In this document: positions 51,870 through 64,000 of the stretch, one piece after another
Position numbering within the stretch: the first letter of the stretch is position 1
Layout of the letters: the number at the start of each line of letters is the position of its first letter
NCBI GenBank assembly: GCA_964106915.2
Contig: OZ066920.1
Length of the DNA stretch: 64,000 bases
From: Podarcis gaigeae
Taxonomy: Eukaryota
Direction: 5' to 3' (one strand)
Program-made: the position numbers and the translations under genes
The notes under the pieces: model-generated
The model's input: the letters and a program-made list of their open reading frames with translations, nothing else
The model's database searches: none
Told to the model about the DNA's origin: nothing

Positions 51870-52153
51870 TCCTCCCCCAATTCATGAACCGTGTTGTAGT
51901 CATCATTGTAACTGAAACAAACATACAGATGTCATACACGTAGTATACCCCTGCATCACCCGTTCCACCCTTGGAACTACCTGCAACTAGACTAGCCTTG
52001 GGCCTTACCATCTTGCACTTCTGACTAGTCTTGGCATCCTAGCTTTCCTGACTATCAAGAAGTTTCACACCTGGCTAGCAGCTCAACACAGGTCTTAGAA
52101 CCCGAAGTCTTGGGTTGCTTTCTCATGACTGTCTTCCGGTCTTCTCTCCACAG

Positions 52154-52286
52154 GTTGATAAAGATGTCCAGTCCCTACATGAACAACCTCATAATTCTTG
52201 GAGGGATGCTCTCCTATGCATCGATATTCCTTTTTGGCCTTGATGGATCTTTTGTCTCCGAAAAGACGTTTGAGACGCTTTGTACC
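52154..52286 (+). CDS. GABBR2: GABBR2 exon (probable exon 11; ICL1-TM2-ECL1, [44 protein letters not shown])
   Basis: ctccacAG / GTaagt; 133 nt; lies within ORF 52110-52421. Confidence 0.97.
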
Positions 52287-52543
52287 GTAAGTCACTCTGA
52301 AACGTTTGGTACTGTTAATCTGCACAAAATAGGCTTTCGGTCTTGGGAGGAAATGGGATTCTTTTTGGGCCAGTCAGCCACAACATTGAGAATATGGAGC
52401 ACCTGCATGAGTTTTCAGTGAATGTTTAAACTCACAGTCTTGAAGTTTAGGTGTAGTATTTAGGGAGGGAAGGATCCTGTGTCAAGAAGACGGTAAGCAG
52501 ATGTTTTCTCCAAGAAATGTTTCTGTGCAGCAATGATCTAAGT

Positions 52544-52751
52544 CGGGCATGTCCAAAGTCTGTTTTTGGGGCCTAATTCTGCCCACAGGATGGTTAATCT
52601 GGCCCCTGTGACAGTTTATTTCCTGGGGTAATATCCTAAAAAAATCCTCAACAAGTTCAATCTTTAAAAAAGGTCAACAACTTTGGTCGGCCCTCACGGC
52701 CCTTCACTTCATCAAATCTGGCCCTTTTTGAAAAAAGTTTGGACACCCCTG
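52544..52751. mobile_element. hAT MITE
   Basis: CGGGCATGTCCAAA / TTTGGACACCCCTG; TSD atctaagt. Confidence 0.88.
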
Positions 52752-53516
52752 ATCTAAGTAATCTCACATTCTGCTCAAGCTTTCTCATATTGAGGAAGGG
52801 AAGTTGGCTAAACATTTGATTGAGCAGAAAGCTGATGTGACCCTGACAAGCTTGCTTCAGATTTTCGTTTTCTGACCCCTTTCAACCTGGCCTAGTTTCA
52901 GGATGTGTGCGAATATAATGGGCCCAGAGGTATAAGAAGTTCAGGGTATGTCTTTATCTCCATGTCCTGTCTCTTAGTCCTGTCACTGGCTTGATATGGT
53001 AGATCAATGCATTTTGGTGAAAATCTGGAGTATGACTCCAAAGTATGTTGTTGGGTAAATCTGTCTTATTAAGATAAGCCACCATTAAGACCAAATATAA
53101 TTGCTGCATTTTGAAATTTGATTACTTTATAGCAATCAGTGTCTAATTAAGGACAACTGGTCAATTCAATATTGCTAATATATTGCACATCAACCTACAG
53201 TCGAAAGAGGAAATGGCCGACAACTTGAAATTTCAGCCACAATACCTGCCTTAAGACCAACTTGAAAGCAGTGGACTAGCTTTTTAAGTTTCAAATAACT
53301 CTTTGTCAGAGTCTTAAGAAGTAATGACTCCTCTCCTTTTTATGAATCTAAAAGCCAGTCTCTAGCACTAATCAGAACTCATTGGTCCCTTGTAAGACAG
53401 ACAGCAGAAGTAAAGAAAAATGTGATTTTAGCAAAATTGAGGAATGGAGAATTTGCTAAATATAGAGCCATATCACCTAGTAGTTGTGGGGCATGGTTTC
53501 TTCCCACACCAAAATA

Positions 53517-53758
53517 CAGTGGTACCTCGGGTTACATACGCTTCAGGTTACATACGCTTCAGGTTACACACTCTTCTAACCCAGAAATAGTGCTTCAGGT
53601 TAAGAACTTTGCTTCAGGATAAGAACAGAAATCAGGCTCCGGCGGCGTGGCAGCAGCAGGAGGCCCCATTAGCTAAAGTGGTGCTTCAAGTTAAGAACAG
53701 TTTCAGGTTAAGAACGGACCTCCAGAACGAATTAAGTACTTAACCTGAGGTACCACTG
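53517..53758. mobile_element. Tigger-like MITE
   Basis: CAGTGGTACCTC TIRs; TA TSD. Confidence 0.9.
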
Positions 53759-54585
53759 TAATGTCTTGAAACTTTGCACTTTGTCTAAGTAAACTGAGAG
53801 TCCTTTTATGGTGGGGGTGACATTGCCTGAGGAATGTTTCCTAAGTTACTTATGGGGGGGGGTCCTGGAAGATATTAGTATATCATAGGCCATATATAAT
53901 CTAGGGACTTGAGTGATCAGGAACAAAGTGGAGGAGGGAAAATGAAGGGCATCATTTAAAAGCATGGGAAATATGAGAAGACTGTCTAAATTGACAGAAT
54001 ATTCAGTCCATGGCTCCTCTGTTAGTATATATTAGCAAACTATGCTTGACTTTAATGTATACATATGCCTTAAGTATCTTTTTATAAAATCTTTCAAACC
54101 AATTCGGTGGGTGGAAATACATTAAGTGCAAAGTTTAAAAGTTGGCACAGTTAAAGTGCCTATGAAATGCTAGCATCCAAATGTCAAAACAAAGCAATTA
54201 ATGCCCTCAATGACCACAACCCTATACTCAGCGTGGCATGAAATTCCAAAAGGAACTGAGGACTCTACATATTTGAAAGAGGACACCTTCCTAACCATCA
54301 GGAGAATGTGGAAATATTAAGTATGCTTTATATTTGTGGGTAGGAGAGAGGACATTAGATATCATATATTCATATAATATAATTTGTGGGCTTTAAATAT
54401 GGCATACTGAATTAATGGTTTTTATAACTTCTAGTTTGGGTGCATATTTAAATGGTAGCTGCTGAATATCCAATTTGCATTCTCTTGCTTTTGGGTACTG
54501 GTCATTAAATTTTTTTCTTAACTTTAATATTAGTTCTGTACTTGAAGGAGAAGTTGTGTTTTTTTGAGGGTTGCTGTTGATTATA

Positions 54586-54794
54586 CAGTGGTACCTCAGG
54601 TTAAGTACTTAATTCGTTCCGGAGGTCCGTTCTTAACCTGAAGCACTACTTTAGCTAATGGGGCCTCCTCATGCTGCTGCGCCACCGGAGCACGATTTCT
54701 GTTCTCATCCTGAAGCAAAGCTCTTAACCCGAGGTACTATTTCTGGGTTAGCGGAGTCTGTAACCTGAAGCGTATGTAACCCGAGGTACCACTG
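54586..54794. mobile_element. Tigger-like MITE, inverted relative to the 53517 copy
   Basis: same TIRs. Confidence 0.9.
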
Positions 54795-55934
54795 CACATG
54801 AACAACACTTGATATATCTGCCTTTGCAAAGCAATGTCTATTGAGATATTTGGTCATATTATGACTCTCTCAGCTGAAAACGCCCTGTATAGCTAGGGTT
54901 ATAATGGCAATCATTATAACAAGACGACTTGGTTTCTTTGTACAGCTCTTCCGCTGTTTGAACAGCACAATACAAAACATTTAACATTCCTCAGAAGACA
55001 TAGCCCAACCACTAAAATCTTATTTGGCTTTTGTGCATATCTTTGCAGTTATAAGTACTAGAAGCTTGTTCTTTTCTTTTCTCTTTTGAGATGAAACTTG
55101 AGATCCCCAGGAAGCTCAATTCTGTGCTCTTTCTACAGCTCTGGAAAACAGCAGTATGCCCACAACAATGCTTATTTGTTTGTCTTTGTCCCCTACTGTA
55201 TCATGCTTAGCCTCACATCCTTCATAAATAAGCATTCGGTGGTTATTGTTAATGTATTCTGTCTTGGATTATACATTACAGCAGGCATGCATTAAGGAGA
55301 AGAGCCTGCTAATCTTGTATGGCCGTCCATTGAATTCCCAATAAAACTCTTTTTGCTTCCTTGCCATCACTGGTGGCCTACCTTTGAGTTGATGGTTCTC
55401 GCATTCTGTAAGCTTCCTTTGCGCCAATCAGGTACAGCCTCATTGGGAGTGGAGGGAATGAAGTAGCTTTGTGAATTAAACAGGCTTTAATGCTGCAACC
55501 AGAACCAGAGATGGAATTGTAGTCGTACCCATCTTTTGTGTGTGTCTTCTGCCCTGCTTCTACTTCCCCTCAACTCAGGAGGCTCCTGTGTTCAAGGGAT
55601 GATATACTGGGAAATTACAACATGTTTCCTTCTAAGCAACCCCAATGCTATCATTTGGAAATCAGTGTTTTAATTCTGTCGTAAGGGTCTGATATAATTC
55701 AAGGAGAAAGAGACAGATGTTCATTCAACCTGGCATGGCAATGACCAATCTAAAGCATCTATCCTCGTGATGAAGAGAACTTTCTCTTCTAGTTGAAAAA
55801 GTAGCGGCTGCCATGGAGCCACCATGTTGAGTGCTCACTCAGGAGCAACTTATGCTTGAGGCAGAGAAGGAGACAACCAAATTTTCATGGCTTATTTAAT
55901 CCTGTTGGGTTTAGGAATGGTTTTTGAGTACGTT

Positions 55935-56333
55935 TCTGAGCACAATTCAAAGTGATGGTGCTGACCTTTAAAGCCCTAAATGGACTCAACCCAGTATACC
56001 TGAAGGAGCGTCTCCACCCCCATCATTCACTGTGATCCAGCGCCGAGGGCCTTCTGGCTGGTTCCTCACTGCGAGAAGCGAGGTTACAGGGAACCAGGCA
56101 GAGGGCCTTCTCTGTAGTGGTGCCCACTCTGTGGCACACCCTTCCATCAGATGTCAAGGAAATAAACAACTATCTGACTTTTAGAAGAAGGCAGCCCTGT
56201 TTAGGGAAGTTTTTAGTGTTTAAAGTTTTATTCTTTTTTTAATGTTTTGTTGAAAGCCTCCCAGAGTGGCTGGGGAAACCCAGCCAGATGGGCAGGGTAG
56301 AAATATCATCATCATCATCATCATCATCATCAT
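55935..56333 (+). mobile_element. L2 LINE 3' end with (ATC)n tail
   Basis: QFKVMVLTFKALNG and RAFSVVVPTLW motifs; CCAGAGTGGCTGGGG...GATGGGCAGGGTA terminus. Confidence 0.8.
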
Positions 56334-58159
56334 TATGTGTACACAGTTTGACATTTTGCTGTGTCCCTGCAAATGCTTACATCCTCACTATCACCAACTC
56401 ACCAGTTTGTAATGCAATCTACTCTTAGGCCGTGTGTCAAAAACATGGCAGATTCTGGAAGGAATGACAAGACTGATTCAACAGGCAAATGTCCCAAGTC
56501 CAGTATCTCAACACACTGCTGTAATTGAGCCTTTAACCGGATGCAGGGTTATAGCTTTGGAGTAAGAAGAGATTTCCAAATATGATACTGTTTTCAAAAT
56601 CATCGGATTGAACTGAAGTTGCCAAATAACAGAGCACCCAGTCAAACTCTAGTTGCATCCAGTTAGTCAATCTTAACAACCAGATGTCACAGATGGGGAT
56701 GTGCATATCTCCTCTGAGGTTCACTCAATAAATTGTTTTCTTTCATCCAATGATATTGTGATCATAACTTAGTATTATTATTAATAAGGAGCTCTGTTAC
56801 GTGAGATGAAATTGATCTATTGAGGCTGCAGTCTAGCTGCACTTATTTAGGAATAAGCCCCAATGAACATAGTAGGCGACTTACTTTTGCAGGGAAACAC
56901 GTAGGGGACGGTTTTGCTGTTTGTAAGGTTAAATATTGTTTCTGCCACATGACTTCCTGGCTTCTTTTCTTTTCCCCCACCCTCTTTAGGCACCGACTGT
57001 GATGTTTGGAATTCCCTTCCAGACATTTTACAGTTATTTCAAGCACCAAGAAAGAATCAGTGTTTTATAACCCCAATCCTTACTTTTAATACAGTATTGT
57101 ATTTTGCAATTACAATAGCATAGGCCAAATTCAAAGAGGAAATAAATGTTGGGACTGTAAACGCCTAAGTAAATCATGTAGAAATAAATATTTCAGCCAG
57201 TTTTAAAATACGTGAGTGCATAATGTTGGCTTTGGTGAAGACACCCCTTTCTCATGATTGAAGAGTTTGTTTTTATTAACCCAGTTAAGATTGTGCTTAT
57301 GTCTGACTCTTACTGTTTAATTCTAATATTCGTCTGATGCCTAGTTTTTCTACTTGGAACAATAGAGTTGCCTGTGGTGATTTGCCTTGTGAAAAGTGGA
57401 ATGCAAAAAACTGCAGCATAAATGCTATTGATGCAGAGGTTTTGTGTGTGTGTGTTTTTTTAAAAAAAACTGCATCATCAACATTGCCAGCTGAACACTC
57501 TGTCCCACATTCAAAATCTCTAGGACAAAAAAAGGATACAATTTTTCATTGCCTTAGATTTCCGTCCTTCCCCTTGTCTGAAGCGGTCTCTCTCTCTCGT
57601 ATAACTCTTCTTTAGCACCATTTCATTTTATCTTTGTAAAGCATTTACAAATCTCTATGAAATCAGTAGAAGTTGAGGGAGCGCTCTTATGCACCAAAAG
57701 CTGGTGTGAAGTAAGCCGGGTGTAAGTTAAGCCAGCGCACAGTTACACCAGATCCAAATCCCATTCAGCAGTGGGGCTGTTACTCCTGGTCTGCCTAAGC
57801 CTGGAAGAGGGAAAAGAAGTATTTAAAATAATGTTAGGTTGTCAGGTCACATGACATAGTTGAAGGGGCACCTAATCTCTGCTTTCTAGTCCTGCCCCAC
57901 CACATCCCTGGAATGCTCCCTTCTGGGGAGTTACAGCAAACGCTGGCTTAACTTTGACTGAGCTGTTCTTGGGTTAGATAACACTGGGTTGTATACATTT
58001 CCTACAAAAGAGACACAAAACTTTTGATTCCTGAGTATGCTAAAGCTATCCAATATTAAATGGTTGAGTTGGAGTTCCAGGTTGCTCATCTTGGTGGATC
58101 TTGCCATAAGACTTCTCCTAAGGGTTTATACTTCTGCTCTTTTCATTTTAGTAGAACAT

Positions 58160-58665
58160 GTTGTTGTTGTTTCGTTGTTTAATCGTGTCTGACTTTTCGT
58201 GACCCAATGGACCAGAGCACACCAGGCACTCCTGTCTTCCACTGCCTCCCACAGTTTGGTCAAACTCATGCTGGTAGCTTCTAGAACACTGTCCAGCCAT
58301 CTCGTCCTGTCATCCCCTTCTCCTTGTGCCCTCCATCTTTCCCAACATCAGGGTCTTTTCCAGGGAGTCTTCTCTTCTCATGAGGTGGCCAAAGCACTGG
58401 AGTCTCAGCTTCAGGATCTGTCCTTCCAGTGAGCACTCAGGGCTGATTTCCTTAAGAATGGATAGATTTGATCTTCTTGCAGTCCATGGGACTCTCAAGA
58501 GTCTCCTCCAGCACCATAATTCAAAAGCATCAATTCTTCGGCGATCAGCCTTCTTTATGGTCCAGCTCTCACTTCCATACATCACTACTGGGAAAACCAT
58601 AGCTTTAACTATACGGACCTTTGTTGGCAAGGTGATGTCTCTGCTTTTTTTTTGGCTTTTTTTTT
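58160..58665 (-). mobile_element. BovB LINE 3' fragment
   Basis: ORF 58310-58630; (CAA)n tail; TSD ttttagtagaacat. Confidence 0.92.
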
Positions 58666-59050
58666 TTTAGTAGAACATAGGAACGCCCTAACCTTCCTCA
58701 CTGGATTGCAACCCAACTCCTACTTTAAAAGATACATTTATTTATTACATTTTTATGCTCCCTGCCATGAATATCAAAACGTATCCATTATTTCCTCTAC
58801 GAGTTTGCAACTCTCATTACACTTGGTTCATAGTTGTTTTTCTGCAGTCGTGAAAGTTTTTAACCTTGTTTGAAAGGAAAGCTGCCGGTTTTCCTATTTG
58901 AGAACTGTGGGCTTGGTGCTTAAAACCCTAAAACTGATATAAAGGAGTTATTCTTTTTTCCCTTAGTCTAACCCAAATGTATAAAGTTTTGTTAATAAAG
59001 TCAGATATGGGGAGGAAAAAAACTGATTTTTTTTTATTCGTTTGTTTCAG

Positions 59051-59158
59051 GTCCGGACATGGATACTGACAGTGGGCTACACAACTGCATTTGGTGCAAT
59101 GTTTGCAAAAACATGGAGAGTCCATGCAATATTCAAAAATGTAAAAATGAAGAAAAAG
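59051..59158 (+). CDS. GABBR2: GABBR2 exon (probable exon 12; TM3-ICL2, [36 protein letters not shown])
   Basis: tgtttcAG / GTgagt; 108 nt; class C GPCR TM3 motif AKTWRVH; not in the ORF track. Confidence 0.97.
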
Positions 59159-59569
59159 GTGAGTCTTTTTTTTTAGAAAAATCATATTTTCTTTCTCTCC
59201 TCTAGCCTTTTAGCTGATGATAGAAACACTGTATTGAAAACCTAGTAGGTGCATGCAGGATGTTTACATATTAAGAATTTCTATCATCTCAGACTGATAG
59301 CAAGACTGACAGCAAGATTCTGAGACCATGCAGATCAAATATTTAATAGAGAGTGGAATATTTACAGAGAATATCTAAAAGAACATTGTAAAAACCTAAA
59401 TTCTTTGGCAGGCCTGGATTGACCTCTGCAAGAAATAAGAGAATTTTACAAAATTAACACAACTGAACAACCTAGGACAGATAAAGTTAAGTGTGCAGCT
59501 AAACAATGTAACTTAGGAATCACAATGGGGGGATTGGAAGTCATGTTGGAATTTGTTATGTGTGAAATC

Positions 59570-59614
<45 letters not shown>

Positions 59615-59675
59615 TTATTACTTATACCCTGCCCATCTGGCTGGGTTTGCCCAGCCACTCTGGGCAGCTTCCAAC
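59570..59675 (-). mobile_element. Short L2 3' terminus with (AAT)n microsatellite
   Basis: reverse complement of the 56255-56300 terminus. Confidence 0.75.
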
Positions 59676-61204
59676 AAGTGATTAATTTTTTATTTTAATT
59701 TTTTCGTAATGAGTCTTGATTTTGGATTGCCTTTTGTTGATTGTGTTGTATTTTTTTGTTCGGTATTTGTTTTGTTTTGTTTTTAAAAACAATAAAGCAT
59801 TACACAAAGAATTAATATCTCTGTGTTGCCTGTTTTCTTACTGGCAACTGTGCTGTGAAAGTTCATGGATTAGAAACTGTCATATTGAGTGGCACTTAGC
59901 TTGGGGTAATAAGTATGATTTGGGGATGTTTTGTGATGGTGCTTTGATACTGTTCATCCGCCTAGGTCCTAGTGGAATATTGTATGAACATTTGTTGTTC
60001 TGCTGCAGGTGCCCGGTCCAATGATGCTCCATTGAATTGGGATCAACTTGATATTATCAATATTATTGGTTGAATTCTGATATTTTATCCATATGTGTTC
60101 TGCCTTTGGGTTGATATCAATAGTTAGTTCATAGATGGAGAAGCCAATTGTGTTATGTGCCACTGTAGTGCAGAGGTAGTTGGTTTGGATGTGATGTGCA
60201 ATTGTGATAGATTCTGAATTTTAAATAACTTGTTCTGCCAGTATGGGTAAAATATATGACTGCTGCTGTGCAGTTTGGTCCTGGGCATGTTGCCATTGTC
60301 CTCATTTTATGTAATCTAGCTGTCAGTCTACTCTGGGGCAAATCCTGATCTATGGATTGCCAACAGCCTTTGTCTCCTTTCATTTCACTTGTTGGCACTG
60401 CTTTTGTTGTCATGCATGGCACTGAGAAGATTTGGCCCTTAGCCAAAAAAGGAGGCTGTCAGTGTCCTTGCCAGGTCACAGGTTGAGGGACTGTAAATTC
60501 CATCTCTGGTGGGTTGAATTGCTAGAAGCAGCCAAAATTGTGGAAATTTTAGAGAAGCGAGCAAGCAGCATTTCCTGGCCTTCCTGTAACATTCACCATA
60601 TGCAGGTGGTTCACGTATGTCCAGGATTAAGTGTATATTGTGATGATGACATAGGATGTCCTACCACAGCAGAGGCATTTTCTGTTTGTTAAAATAAATT
60701 TATTTCTTGTACATTCACATTGCGCTGAGATCCTATATCAGTCCAAGATCTACCAGGTGTAAAATGAAGAGTAGACTGCTAGTAAATTTGAATGCCTGAT
60801 ATGTTGCAAAAAACTCAAGAAGCACAGCAAGGAGAAACAGTTTCTTGCTGTTGTGTCCTGACAATACATAAATTTGCTGGTTCAGACACAACGAGGCAGA
60901 CGTTCACTCCAGCTGGATGTTGTTGTTTTTTTTTGTGCAGTTCCCTGCACAAGCAAGAACAAGTTTTGGAGTTTATGTTTGTAGATCTGGGGTTGTCAGC
61001 CCGGTCCCCACCACCCACTAGTGGGCGTTTCAGAATTCTAGGTGAGCCGCAGGGGGTTCTATGGCACAAGCTGAATCCTCCTTCCATTGAGCACTGGTGG
61101 GTGGTAAGGAAATTTTATCATCAAGAAAGATGCGTTAGTGGGCGGTAGGCATAAAAAGTTTCACTACCCCTGGTGTAGATCATTCTCCTTATGAAGAAAG
61201 AGTA

Positions 61205-61558
61205 AAGTAAAGGTAAAGGGACCCCTGACCATTAGGTCCAGTCGTGATCGACTCTGGGGTTGCGGCACTCGTCTCGCTTTATTGGCCTGGAAGCTGGCAT
61301 ACAGCTTCTGGGTCATGTGGTCAGCATGACTAAGCCGCTTCTGGCAAACTGGAGCAGCGCACAGAAACGCCGTTTCCCTTCCCACCAGAGCAGTACCTAT
61401 TTATCTACTTGCACTTTGACGTGTTTTCGAACTGCTAGGTTGGCAGGAGCAGGGACCGAGCAATGGGAACTCACCCTGTCACGGGGATTCGAACCGCCGA
61501 CCTTCTGATTGGCAAGTCCTAGGCTCTGTGGTTTAACCCACAACGCCACCCGCGTCCC
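61205..61558 (-). mobile_element. Sauria SINE, full length
   Basis: TSD tta(t/g)gaagaaagagta. Confidence 0.92.
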
Positions 61559-62084
61559 TTAGGAAGAAAGAGTACTGTATTGTAAAACTTTCTGATGTGA
61601 TTATGTGTGTATCAGCTTCCGAGGTTCCCCTTCTAAGCTTACTCTTCTTTTAGTGCCTCACAGACAGAGCCAGTTATCTCAAGTGGACAGCTAGGTGCCT
61701 ACATCCTGCTTCTTTCCCCTGGAATCAAGAAGGGAGGGGAGGCAAAGGGATATTCTCTTTAAATCCGCTATTCTACTTTCCCTCACCCTAGTCACCGAAG
61801 AACATGAGAAGGGCCCTCTTGCAATTCAGTGAATCACAGGAGGAAACGATCACAGGGATGGGAACCTGTGGTTTTCCAGGTGTTGTTGAACTTAAACCTC
61901 TTCATCCTTCCTGGGTGTTGACTATGCTGGCTGGAGCTGATGAAATATGGGAGTCTATTACCATCTGGAGAGCCATTGGTTTGCCTTACCTTCTCTATTC
62001 CAGTTTTCCTTTAATTCTGAAGTTTTTTAAATGTGAAATTGTAATTGTAAACTGCTCTAAGCCTTAGGAATGCATGGGATAGAA

Positions 62085-62251
62085 CAGGGATCTCCAACCG
62101 GTCGATCGCGATCTGTGGTCGATCACGGTCGATCATGTGATTCCTGATCGATTGCCAAAAAAAGCTCAACAACTTTGGTCAATCCAGTGGGTAGACCAGT
62201 TTATTTATAGTGGGAGTAGATTGCTGTCTCTTGAAAGTTGGATAGTGCCTG
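62085..62251. mobile_element. hAT MITE
   Basis: CAGGGATCTCCAAC / GTTGGATAGTGCCTG; TSD gg(a/g)tagaa. Confidence 0.75.
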
Positions 62252-62381
62252 GGGTAGAAGCATAAACAAAATTGGGATTCACCTGTTCTGTTGCAGGTAT
62301 CCCCATCAAACCTTGACCTATCTCGAGGCCTCCAAGATTTTTTTTCATAGAAACTACAGTTGCTGTGTGATCCTGGGTGCA

Positions 62382-62750
62382 GGTGGTGTTGTGGTCTAAA
62401 CCTCTGAGCCTCTTAGGCTTGCTGTTTGGAAGGTCGGCGGTTTGAATCTGCATAGCTCCTGTTGCTGTGTCCCAGCTTCTGCCAACCTAGCAGTTCAAAA
62501 GCACATCAGTGCAAATAGATAAATAGGTACCACTGCACTGGGAAGGTAAATGGCGTTTTCATGCGCTCTGGCTTCCGTCACAGTCCTCCGTGTACCAGTA
62601 GCGGTTTAGCCCTGCTGGCCACATGACCCGGAAAGCTGTCTGTGGACAAACGCCAGCTCCCTTGGCCTGTAAAGCAAGATGAGTGCCACACCCCATATTC
62701 GCCTTTGACTGGACTTAACCATCCCGGGGTCTTTTTCCTTTACCATTTTA
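62382..62750 (+). mobile_element. Sauria SINE, diverged subfamily
   Basis: TSD cctgggtgca; diagnostic body. Confidence 0.85.
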
Positions 62751-64000
62751 CCTGGGTGCACTCACTGCATATGGACTGGAGGATATAGTAGCTCTGTGCA
62801 ATAAGACTCCAGGATCGGTTTGCAGGAAGCAATCAATGGCATGAAACTAGGCATGGGGTCTGTAAGCAGATGCCAGGAACTAGCAAAACAATTGGACTCT
62901 GTTCCAGACATCCAATGGATAGCCTGAAAGCTAATCAGATAAATTCACATTACTAGTGGATTGGAACTAACATGGTTCACTCATCTGTATTAATTTGACA
63001 TTTGGCCTGTGCTGACTGTTGTACTCAAAGGTTAACTGCCAGTGGTTTCAGTGGGACTGAATTTAAGATTGCAGCCCCAAAAGATTTATTAGCACTATGA
63101 AGCCAATCACTTTTATTCTTAATAATAATATTGGATGTTTTCATAGTTCTTTCTGATCTACTAAATAAATAAACAGGGAAATGGGGTGTTTTGCAGAGGT
63201 AAAAATCTTCATGCTAAATAAAATGAGCACCACCAAGTGCACTATTAAGAGACCATCTGCTGAAAATGAACCAACATATGGCGATTTGCATTTCAATTTT
63301 TTCTAGCATTGTAGCTTACTTCAAAATAAGAAAAAAATAGAAACCTGCTTAAAATTATAATGAGGGAATTAGTAGTATATTAGCTGATTTTTCATAGCAA
63401 ATCTGCCCTGTAGTGTATTGGGTTTGATATTATACAGCTTAGTTAGTGAAATTTGTATTTTAGTTAAAGGAGCAATGAGGAGGATAAAGTTTCTTTATTT
63501 TATGTCATAATCTGTTTATAGAGGTTGTCAACATGTGAATAAGAAGGATAAAATGGGTTGGAGCCAGATTGACACTGGATCCGCACCTACCAGGGAGTAA
63601 GTCCCATTGAAGAGAAGCAGAATTTGTTTGGCGTTGTAGCCCTGATTCATTAAAAGCAGCCCTTTGATCACCAATTTGCTGGCAAGAATGCAAGAGGCCA
63701 ATTAAGTAGGCTCCACTGTGGCAGTGCTAAGCAAAGGGTGAAACTGCCACAGTGTAAGGGTGGCACACAGGTGGAAATTATTCCATGGGAAATTAAACAG
63801 AGATAAACAGCACACTTCTTATGTGAAAATATTTCATTTTGGATACAAGTCCAGACTGTTAGCTGCATGTAGGTGGCGTCGAAACCAATAGGGCAAGTTA
63901 GTCATGACCTCATCCTATTTATGCCAATATGAACAAAGTACAACTAATTTAAACCAAATTCTAAACAGGCTTATTTAGGAGCATGACATTTTCTTCTTTG

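Noticed and set aside
56820-56910. Old palindromic repeat remnants (also near 50375-50460, 57720-57955, 63020-63075)
   Set aside because: Probably ancient MITEs, but too decayed for reliable boundaries or family
59214-59228. Hammerhead core CTGATGA..GAAAC
   Set aside because: No stem II and no flanking stems I or III; other CTGATGA hits checked also lack them
154-63868. Remaining 60-160 aa ORFs in the track
   Set aside because: They are alternative frames of TEs, microsatellite translations or chance ORFs in intron

Overview
Eukaryotic genomic DNA from a squamate reptile, probably a lacertid lizard, judged from its Sauria/POM-type SINEs, Squam3-type SINEs, BovB and CR1 copies. The whole window lies inside GABBR2 (GABA-B receptor subunit 2) on the + strand. 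Five GT-AG coding exons of 61, 81, 151, 133 and 108 nt (probably human exons 8-12, numbered from memory) splice into one open 178-codon segment: the end of the Venus-flytrap domain, the linker and TM1-TM3. The rest is intron densely filled with mobile elements (BovB/RTE, CR1 and L2 LINE pieces, SINEs, LTRs, hAT and Tc1/mariner MITEs) and microsatellites. Most ORFs in the track are spurious or TE-derived, and I cannot support any new protein-coding system. The best leads are: (1) a non-coding retroposon family whose 5' end folds as an HDV-like self-cleaving ribozyme with an unusual L3 hairpin; (2) an RTE insertion with an apparent twin-priming 5' inversion; (3) a unique 42-bp inverted repeat; (4) two antisense solo LTRs differing in CCAAT-repeat copy number; (5) sense-strand cryptic splice acceptors that could truncate GABBR2. 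TE family names come from recalled consensus motifs, not a database search.
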